22,425 nt of DNA, taken from contig NEEC01000183.1 in the NCBI GenBank assembly GCA_002189035.1, positions 1-22,425 on the forward strand, read 5' to 3'. Below, piece after piece: positions 1 to 8,716 of the stretch; positions within the stretch are counted from its first letter, which is position 1; the number at the start of each line of letters is the position of its first letter. The notes under the pieces were generated by a model that worked only from the letters and a program-made list of their open reading frames with translations, was not told the origin of the DNA and did not search any database. The translations under genes were made by a program, and so were the position numbers. This stretch comes from Utricularia gibba (lineage: Eukaryota > Plantae > Magnoliophyta).

Positions 1-232
1 TCAACAAAATGTGTCACGATTTTCGCCGAGTGGGACCAGAGTGGGCTCATCAGCCAGACCGAACCCGGGGCCCAAGCCAAGGGCCCCTCGAGAGCGCCCC
101 CCCACAAAACTAGATGGTGTTCCACGAAAAAAAATTAGGCGGCTCGTGATAACCCAACGCTAAGAAATGCATCCCTTTTTTCGCCGGGCTAAAACTGACT
201 TTGGGCTCATGCCCGGCGCGACCCCCAGCCCG
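1..232. repeat. Partial GC-rich ~150/300-bp subrepeat block (third dimer only; truncated by window start)
   Basis: Matches 2336-2565 apart from two homopolymer indels. Confidence 0.9.
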
Positions 233-377
233 TGTGCATACGCAGCAGCACCACGAGGCCACATGGGCTTGGTTAATGCCCGCGTGCTCGAGCAGCAGCC
301 ACAAGGCCATACGGCCGTGGAAAAAAAGAAAAACAACCATAAAATACAATAAGCCAAAAATAAAAAATAAAATTGAT

Positions 378-533
378 AAACCCTTGGTTCGGTTCGGGCC
401 CAATCAAAACCCGTAGGGTTTAACCCGTTCGGGTTGAACAGAAAGACAACCCCATGGGTCATGCAAACTGTAATACCCAGAATTTCATCGGTTGGGTCCG
501 AACCTGAATGGATCCAACCCAGGCCCATCTCTA
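378..533. mobile_element. Orphan hAT(Ac/Tam3)-like transposon terminus: TIR-like end plus subterminal AACCCG/CCGAAC motifs (copy 1)
   Basis: 523-533 reads TAGAGATGGGC on the minus strand, resembling Ac-type TIR starts (TAGGGATG). It is preceded by GGTTCGGTTCGGG, AACCCG (x2), CGGGTT, CCGAACC and CCAACCC. No partner TIR and no transposase were found in the monomer. Confidence 0.6.
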
Positions 534-536
534 ATC

Positions 537-1434
537 ATAATCATATGATATAGGTTTATTAAATTATAAATAATTGAAATACATTATTTATTAAACCGTA
601 GGATAACTGTGAAAGCTTCTTTGACTTAATTATTACCATTTGATCCTCAGTTGTACTTTGGATGGAGTGTGTATTTTTACTTTAGTCAATTTAATTAGCA
701 TTCGATCCTTGGTTATGATTCAGATCATATTTGCTATTTTTTTACTTTAAATATTTTTATTATCATTCGATCCTTAAGTATAATGCGGATCGAGCGCGTA
801 TTTTTTATTTTAATATTTTTATTAGCATTCGAACGTTAGGTATGCTGCGGATCGAGCGTATATTTTTCACTCTCATATTTTTATTAGCCTTAGATCCTTA
901 GGTATACTTTGGATCGAGTGCATATTCATTTATTTTAAATCTTAATTAGCGTTCCACCGTTAGGAGCAATTTAGAACGTGTATACATTACAATGCCATGC
1001 CACACGGGCGTGGTTTACGCACAACCCACGCCCGTGTGCCCTTGCAATGTAAACACGCTCCACATTGCTCCTAAGGATCGAGCGTTAACACAAGTTTCAA
1101 GTAAACCATCTCCACTCGATCCGAATCATGTCTAAAGACCGAAAGCCAATAAAAATATTAAAATAAAAAATATACGCTCGATCCGCATCATATCTTAGAA
1201 TCGAATGCAAATAGAATCGTTCAAATAAAAAATATACACTCGATTGGAATCTTAACCAAGGATCGAATGCTAATTAAAATGATTAAAATAAAAATGCACA
1301 CTCCATCCAAAGTATAACTAAGGGTCGAATGCTAATAAAATTAAAAACTAAGAAACTTTCACATGTAGTATATGCTTTAATAACTAACGTATTTACATTA
1401 TTTATATTTTAATAAACATATATCACATGATTAT
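537..1434. mobile_element. Foldback-type element / long inverted repeat with modular 62-bp arms (copy 1)
   Basis: Left end ATAATCATATGATATAGGTTTATTAAA vs reverse complement of right end ATAATCATGTGATATATGTTTATTAAA. Perfect inverted matches: 654-671/1297-1314 (18 bp), 690-715/1253-1278 (26 bp) and 1001-1013/1026-1038 (13 bp). The inverted repeat is certain; the transposon class is inferred, with no diagnostic TSD. Confidence 0.8.
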
Positions 1435-1714
1435 AAAAATATTTTTTTTGTCATTGTAGAAAGCTCATCACGCCACGCACACCACCCTGGAGAGGTTTCA
1501 ACAGCTGTTATGAACTCACAACCCCTTGCTCAGCAGATTCAGTAAAATTCTCTAACACTTGGGCTTCCAACGGATCATATCCCATATTCATTCATACGAA
1601 ATTGTGCAAGAATAATGTGACTTTGAGTTTGAACTAGATAGTAGGACGCTGATCGAAGAATGGCCCATCGAGTCTCTAAAATTGGCCGTCCTCGCTCAAC
1701 AAATGTGGGGTGCA
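1435..1714. other. Unique ~280-bp spacer between the foldback and the GC-rich block (present once in each monomer)
   Basis: No internal repetition and no recognisable RNA gene or coding homology. It starts with the 12-bp palindrome AAAAATATTTTT and a T8 run. Confidence 0.7.
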
Positions 1715-2565
1715 CGTGACATCCCAATTTCAACAAATGCATCATGATTTTCGTCGAGTGGGCCCATGAGCCCGTCCGAACCCGGGGCCCGGGCCAAGGG
1801 CCCCTCGAGAGCGCCCGCCTCAATACGAGGAGGTGTTCCTTCAAAAACCATATACGCGTCTCGTCACAACCCAACGTTAATAAATGCATCACTTTTTTTG
1901 GCGCGCTACTGCTGACTTTGGGCCTGAGTTCGGCACGACCTCCGGCTCGATCAGGGTGCCCCACCGAGAGCTCCTCCTTAAGTATAAAGTGTGTTGTTGA
2001 AAAAAACCGTGTGCGGTTCTCGTGACATCCTAACTTCAACAAATGCATCACGATTTTCGTCGAGTCGGACGGGACCGGGCTCCCGGGGCCCGGACGAGGC
2101 GCAGCGCCCGCTCCCCTCCCCCCCAAAACTAGAAGGTGTTCCATGGAAAACCATTTAGGCGGCTCGTGACAACCCAAAGTTAATAAATGCATCACTTTCT
2201 TTGCCGGGCTACAATGACTTTACGCTCGAGCCTGGTACGACGTATGGGAAGATTCGAGTGCCCCCCGAGAGCGTCTCCACAAGTATAAAGCGTGTTGTTG
2301 AAAAAACCGTGTTGGGTGCACGTGACATCCTAATTTCAACAAATGTGTCACGATTTTCGCCGAGTGGGACCAGAGTGGGCTCATCAGCCAGACCGAACCC
2401 GGGGCCCAAGCCAAGGGCCCCTCGAGAGCGCCCCCCACAAAACTAGATGGTGTTCCACGAAAAAAAATTAGGCGGCTCGTGATAACCCAACGCTAAGAAA
2501 TGCATCCCTTTTTTCGCCGGGCTAAAACTGACTTTGGGCTCATGCCCGGCGCGACCCCCAGCCCG
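1715..2565. repeat. GC-rich satellite-like block: ~150-bp subunits arranged as three ~300-bp dimers (last one truncated)
   Basis: Subunit heads CGT(G/C)A(C/T)A(T/A)CC..AAATG..TC lie at 1715, 1862, 2021, 2165, 2321 and 2478. Alternate subunits resemble each other most. Confidence 0.92.
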
Positions 2566-2710
2566 TGTGCATACGCAGCAGCACCACGAGGCCACATGGG
2601 CTTGGTTAATGCCCGCGTGCTCGAGCAGCAGCCACAAGGCCATACGGCCGTGGAAAAAAAGAAAAACAACCATAAAATACAATAAGCCAAAAATAAAAAA
2701 TAAAATTGAT

Positions 2711-2867
2711 AAACCCTTGGTTCGGTTCGGGCCCAATCAAAACCCGTAGGGTTTAACCCGTTCGGGTTGAACAGAAAGACAACCCCATGGGTCATGCAAA
2801 CTGTAATACCCAGAATTTCATCGGGTTGGGTCCGAACCTGAATGGATCCAACCCAGGCCCATCTCTA
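2711..2867. mobile_element. hAT-like terminus, copy 2
   Basis: Same as 378-533. Confidence 0.6.
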
Positions 2868-2870
2868 ATC

Positions 2871-3769
2871 ATAATCATATGATATAGGTTTATTAAATTA
2901 TAAATAATTGAAATACATTATTTATTAAACCGTAGGATAACTGTGAAAGCTTCTTTGACTTAATTATTACCATTTGATCCTCAGTTGTACTTTGGATGGA
3001 GTGTGTATTTTTACTTTAGTCAATTTAATTAGCATTCGATCCTTGGTTATGATTCAGATCATATTTGCTATTTTTTTACTTTAAATATTTTTATTATCAT
3101 TCGATCCTTAAGTATAATGCGGATCGAGCGCGTATTTTTTATTTTAATATTTTTTATTAGCATTCGAACGTTAGGTATGCTGCGGATCGAGCGTATATTT
3201 TTCACTCTCATATTTTTATTAGCCTTAGATCCTTAGGTATACTTTGGATCGAGTGCATATTCATTTATTTTAAATCTTAATTAGCGTTCCACCGTTAGGA
3301 GCAATTTAGAACGTGTATACATTACAATGCCATGCCACACGGGCGTGGTTTACGCACAACCCACGCCCGTGTGCCCTTGCAATGTAAACACGCTCCACAT
3401 TGCTCCTAAGGATCGAGCGTTAACACAAGTTTCAAGTAAACCATCTCCACTCGATCCGAATCATGTCTAAAGACCGAAAGCCAATAAAAATATTAAAATA
3501 AAAAATATACGCTCGATCCGCATCATATCTTAGAATCGAATGCAAATAGAATCGTTCAAATAAAAAATATACACTCGATTGGAATCTTAACCAAGGATCG
3601 AATGCTAATTAAAATGATTAAAATAAAAATGCACACTCCATCCAAAGTATAACTAAGGGTCGAATGCTAATAAAATTAAAAACTAAGAAACTTTCACATG
3701 TAGTATATGCTTTAATAACTAACGTATTTACATTATTTATATTTTAATAAACATATATCACATGATTAT
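2871..3769. mobile_element. Foldback inverted repeat, copy 2
   Basis: Same as 537-1434, with one extra T in a homopolymer. Confidence 0.8.
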
Positions 3770-4049
3770 AAAAATATTTTTTTTGTCATTGTAGAAAGCT
3801 CATCACGCCACGCACACCACCCTGGAGAGGTTTCAACAGCTGTTATGAACTCACAACCCCTTGCTCAGCAGATTCAGTAAAATTCTCTAACACTTGGGCT
3901 TCCAACGGATCATATCCCATATTCATTCATACGAAATTGTGCAAGAATAATGTGACTTTGAGTTTGAACTAGATAGTAGGACGCTGATCGAAGAATGGCC
4001 CATCGAGTCTCTAAAATTGGCCGTCCTCGCTCAACAAATGTGGGGTGCA

Positions 4050-4899
4050 CGTGACATCCCAATTTCAACAAATGCATCATGATTTTCGTCGAGTGGGCCC
4101 ATGAGCCCGTCCGAACCCGGGGCCCGGGCCAAGGGCCCCTCGAGAGCGCCCGCCTCAATACGAGGAGGTGTTCCTTCAAAAACCATATACGCGTCTCGTC
4201 ACAACCCAACGTTAATAAATGCATCACTTTTTTTGGCGCGCTACTGCTGACTTTGGGCCTGAGTTCGGCACGACCTCCGGCTCGATCAGGGTGCCCCCCG
4301 AGAGCTCCTCCTTAAGTATAAAGTGTGTTGTTGAAAAAAACCGTGTGCGGTTCTCGTGACATCCTAACTTCAACAAATGCATCACGATTTTCGTCGAGTC
4401 GGACGGGACCGGGCTCCCGGGGCCCGGACGAGGCGCAGCGCCCGCTCCCCTCCCCCCAAAACTAGAAGGTGTTCCATGGAAAACCATTTAGGCGGCTCGT
4501 GACAACCCAAAGTTAATAAATGCATCACTTTCTTTGCCGGGCTACAATGACTTTACGCTCGAGCCTGGTACGACGTATGGGAAGATTCGAGTGCCCCCCG
4601 AGAGCGTCTCCACAAGTATAAAGCGTGTTGTTGAAAAAACCGTGTTGGGTGCACGTGACATCCTAATTTCAACAAATGTGTCACGATTTTCGCCGAGTGG
4701 GACCAGAGTGGGCTCATCAGCCAGACCGAACCCGGGGCCCAAGCCAAGGGCCCCTCGAGAGCGCCCCCCCACAAAACTAGATGGTGTTCCACGAAAAAAA
4801 ATTAGGCGGCTCGTGATAACCCAACGCTAAGAAATGCATCCCTTTTTTCGCCGGGCTAAAACTGACTTTGGGCTCATGCCCGGCGCGACCCCCAGCCCG
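4050..4899. repeat. GC-rich 150/300-bp subrepeat block, copy 2
   Basis: Same as 1715-2565 apart from 1-nt indels. Confidence 0.92.
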
Positions 4900-5043
4900 T
4901 GTGCATACGCAGCAGCACCACGAGGCCACATGGGCTTGGTTAATGCCCGCGTGCTCGAGCAGCAGCCACAAGGCCATACGGCCGTGGAAAAAAAGAAAAC
5001 AACCATAAAATACAATAAGCCAAAAATAAAAAATAAAATTGAT

Positions 5044-5200
5044 AAACCCTTGGTTCGGTTCGGGCCCAATCAAAACCCGTAGGGTTTAACCCGTTCGGGT
5101 TGAACAGAAAGACAACCCCATGGGTCATGCAAACTGTAATACCCAGAATTTCATCGGGTTGGGTCCGAACCTGAATGGATCCAACCCAGGCCCATCTCTA
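5044..5200. mobile_element. hAT-like terminus, copy 3
   Basis: Same as 378-533. Confidence 0.6.
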
Positions 5201-5203
5201 ATC

Positions 5204-6102
5204 ATAATCATATGATATAGGTTTATTAAATTATAAATAATTGAAATACATTATTTATTAAACCGTAGGATAACTGTGAAAGCTTCTTTGACTTAATTAT
5301 TACCATTTGATCCTCAGTTGTACTTTGGATGGAGTGTGTATTTTTACTTTAGTCAATTTAATTAGCATTCGATCCTTGGTTATGATTCAGATCATATTTG
5401 CTATTTTTTTACTTTAAATATTTTTATTATCATTCGATCCTTAAGTATAATGCGGATCGAGCGCGTATTTTTTATTTTAATATTTTTTATTAGCATTCGA
5501 ACGTTAGGTATGCTGCGGATCGAGCGTATATTTTTCACTCTCATATTTTTATTAGCCTTAGATCCTTAGGTATACTTTGGATCGAGTGCATATTCATTTA
5601 TTTTAAATCTTAATTAGCGTTCCACCGTTAGGAGCAATTTAGAACGTGTATACATTACAATGCCATGCCACACGGGCGTGGTTTACGCACAACCCACGCC
5701 CGTGTGCCCTTGCAATGTAAACACGCTCCACATTGCTCCTAAGGATCGAGCGTTAACACAAGTTTCAAGTAAACCATCTCCACTCGATCCGAATCATGTC
5801 TAAAGACCGAAAGCCAATAAAAATATTAAAATAAAAAATATACGCTCGATCCGCATCATATCTTAGAATCGAATGCAAATAGAATCGTTCAAATAAAAAA
5901 TATACACTCGATTGGAATCTTAACCAAGGATCGAATGCTAATTAAAATGATTAAAATAAAAATGCACACTCCATCCAAAGTATAACTAAGGGTCGAATGC
6001 TAATAAAATTAAAAACTAAGAAACTTTCACATGTAGTATATGCTTTAATAACTAACGTATTTACATTATTTATATTTTAATAAACATATATCACATGATT
6101 AT
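5204..6102. mobile_element. Foldback inverted repeat, copy 3
   Basis: Same as 2871-3769. Confidence 0.8.
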
Positions 6103-6382
6103 AAAAATATTTTTTTTGTCATTGTAGAAAGCTCATCACGCCACGCACACCACCCTGGAGAGGTTTCAACAGCTGTTATGAACTCACAACCCCTTGCTCA
6201 GCAGATTCAGTAAAATTCTCTAACACTTGGGCTTCCAACGGATCATATCCCATATTCATTCATACGAAATTGTGCAAGAATAATGTGACTTTGAGTTTGA
6301 ACTAGATAGTAGGACGCTGATCGAAGAATGGCCCATCGAGTCTCTAAAATTGGCCGTCCTCGCTCAACAAATGTGGGGTGCA

Positions 6383-7232
6383 CGTGACATCCCAATTTCA
6401 ACAAATGCATCATGATTTTCGTCGAGTGGGCCCATGAGCCCGTCCGAACCCGGGGCCCGGGCCAAGGGCCCCTCGAGAGCGCCCGCCTCAATACGAGGAG
6501 GTGTTCCTTCAAAAACCATATACGCGTCTCGTCACAACCCAACGTTAATAAATGCATCACTTTTTTTGGCGCGCTACTGCTGACTTTGGGCCTGAGTTCG
6601 GCACGACCTCCGGCTCGATCAGGGTGCCCCCCGAGAGCTCCTCCTTAAGTATAAAGTGTGTTGTTGAAAAAAACCGTGTGCGGTTCTCGTGACATCCTAA
6701 CTTCAACAAATGCATCACGATTTTCGTCGAGTCGGACGGGACCGGGCTCCCGGGGCCCGGACGAGGCGCAGCGCCCGCTCCCCTCCCCCCAAAACTAGAA
6801 GGTGTTCCATGGAAAACCATTTAGGCGGCTCGTGACAACCCAAAGTTAATAAATGCATCACTTTCTTTGCCGGGCTACAATGACTTTACGCTCGAGCCTG
6901 GTACGACGTATGGGAAGATTCGAGTGCCCCCCGAGAGCGTCTCCACAAGTATAAAGCGTGTTGTTGAAAAAACCGTGTTGGGTGCACGTGACATCCTAAT
7001 TTCAACAAATGTGTCACGATTTTCGCCGAGTGGGACCAGAGTGGGCTCATCAGCCAGACCGAACCCGGGGCCCAAGCCAAGGGCCCCTCGAGAGCGCCCC
7101 CCCACAAAACTAGATGGTGTTCCACGAAAAAAAATTAGGCGGCTCGTGATAACCCAACGCTAAGAAATGCATCCCTTTTTTCGCCGGGCTAAAACTGACT
7201 TTGGGCTCATGCCCGGCGCGACCCCCAGCCCG
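6383..7232. repeat. GC-rich 150/300-bp subrepeat block, copy 3
   Basis: Same as 1715-2565 apart from 1-nt indels. Confidence 0.92.
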
Positions 7233-7377
7233 TGTGCATACGCAGCAGCACCACGAGGCCACATGGGCTTGGTTAATGCCCGCGTGCTCGAGCAGCAGCC
7301 ACAAGGCCATACGGCCGTGGAAAAAAAGAAAAACAACCATAAAATACAATAAGCCAAAAATAAAAAATAAAATTGAT

Positions 7378-7534
7378 AAACCCTTGGTTCGGTTCGGGCC
7401 CAATCAAAACCCGTAGGGTTTAACCCGTTCGGGTTGAACAGAAAGACAACCCCATGGGTCATGCAAACTGTAATACCCAGAATTTCATCGGGTTGGGTCC
7501 GAACCTGAATGGATCCAACCCAGGCCCATCTCTA
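7378..7534. mobile_element. hAT-like terminus, copy 4
   Basis: Same as 378-533. Confidence 0.6.
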
Positions 7535-7537
7535 ATC

Positions 7538-8436
7538 ATAATCATATGATATAGGTTTATTAAATTATAAATAATTGAAATACATTATTTATTAAACCGT
7601 AGGATAACTGTGAAAGCTTCTTTGACTTAATTATTACCATTTGATCCTCAGTTGTACTTTGGATGGAGTGTGTATTTTTACTTTAGTCAATTTAATTAGC
7701 ATTCGATCCTTGGTTATGATTCAGATCATATTTGCTATTTTTTTACTTTAAATATTTTTATTATCATTCGATCCTTAAGTATAATGCGGATCGAGCGCGT
7801 ATTTTTTATTTTAATATTTTTTATTAGCATTCGAACGTTAGGTATGCTGCGGATCGAGCGTATATTTTTCACTCTCATATTTTTATTAGCCTTAGATCCT
7901 TAGGTATACTTTGGATCGAGTGCATATTCATTTATTTTAAATCTTAATTAGCGTTCCACCGTTAGGAGCAATTTAGAACGTGTATACATTACAATGCCAT
8001 GCCACACGGGCGTGGTTTACGCACAACCCACGCCCGTGTGCCCTTGCAATGTAAACACGCTCCACATTGCTCCTAAGGATCGAGCGTTAACACAAGTTTC
8101 AAGTAAACCATCTCCACTCGATCCGAATCATGTCTAAAGACCGAAAGCCAATAAAAATATTAAAATAAAAAATATACGCTCGATCCGCATCATATCTTAG
8201 AATCGAATGCAAATAGAATCGTTCAAATAAAAAATATACACTCGATTGGAATCTTAACCAAGGATCGAATGCTAATTAAAATGATTAAAATAAAAATGCA
8301 CACTCCATCCAAAGTATAACTAAGGGTCGAATGCTAATAAAATTAAAAACTAAGAAACTTTCACATGTAGTATATGCTTTAATAACTAACGTATTTACAT
8401 TATTTATATTTTAATAAACATATATCACATGATTAT
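7538..8436. mobile_element. Foldback inverted repeat, copy 4
   Basis: Same as 2871-3769. Confidence 0.8.
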
Positions 8437-8716
8437 AAAAATATTTTTTTTGTCATTGTAGAAAGCTCATCACGCCACGCACACCACCCTGGAGAGGTTT
8501 CAACAGCTGTTATGAACTCACAACCCCTTGCTCAGCAGATTCAGTAAAATTCTCTAACACTTGGGCTTCCAACGGATCATATCCCATATTCATTCATACG
8601 AAATTGTGCAAGAATAATGTGACTTTGAGTTTGAACTAGATAGTAGGACGCTGATCGAAGAATGGCCCATCGAGTCTCTAAAATTGGCCGTCCTCGCTCA
8701 ACAAATGTGGGGTGCA

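Noticed and set aside
68-113. GC hairpin followed by CTAG as a Helitron 3' end
   Set aside because: The hairpin is ~21 nt from CTAG rather than ~10-12, the next base is A rather than T, and the motif is internal to homologous subrepeats.
469-485. TGTAATACCCAGAATTT looks like the start of a Tekay/Del-type LTR
   Set aside because: There is no upstream polypurine tract, matching LTR end, PBS or gag/pol remnant. It is only 17 bp and embedded in the hAT-like end.
545-556. GATATAGG as an rDNA Pol I initiation site (TATATAGGG-like)
   Set aside because: The match is poor and lies inside the foldback arm. No 18S/25S or ETS sequence is present.
634-1334. 62-bp periodic repeats as a CRISPR array
   Set aside because: The repeats are degenerate, the intervening sequences are homologous rather than unique spacers, the two halves are inverted, and there are no cas genes.
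538-1433. TA target-site duplication implying a Stowaway/mariner MITE
   Set aside because: TA is self-complementary and is simply part of the inverted repeat. The termini do not resemble CTCCCTCC, and no 8-10-bp direct repeat flanks the foldback.
1466-1472. Box C-like GTGATGA on the minus strand
   Set aside because: No box D (CTGA) or terminal stem lies downstream on that strand within snoRNA distance.
1648-1685. ATCGAAGAATGGCCC and TAAAATTGG resemble pieces of U6 snRNA
   Set aside because: The pieces are short and in the wrong order. There is no ACAGAGA box or USE/TATA promoter.
1707-1725. GGGGTGCACGTGACATCCC resembles the reverse complement of the plant 5S rRNA 3' end
   Set aside because: Similarity is gapped and stops after ~19 nt. 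There is no box A/IE/C or remaining 5S sequence.
534-2868. Concatemer of a geminivirus/CRESS-type circle or a kinetoplast minicircle
   Set aside because: I found no TAATATTAC/TAGTATTAC nonanucleotide loop, Rep or capsid ORF, or exact GGGGTTGGTGTA. Only a partial GGGGTTGTG occurs on the minus strand.
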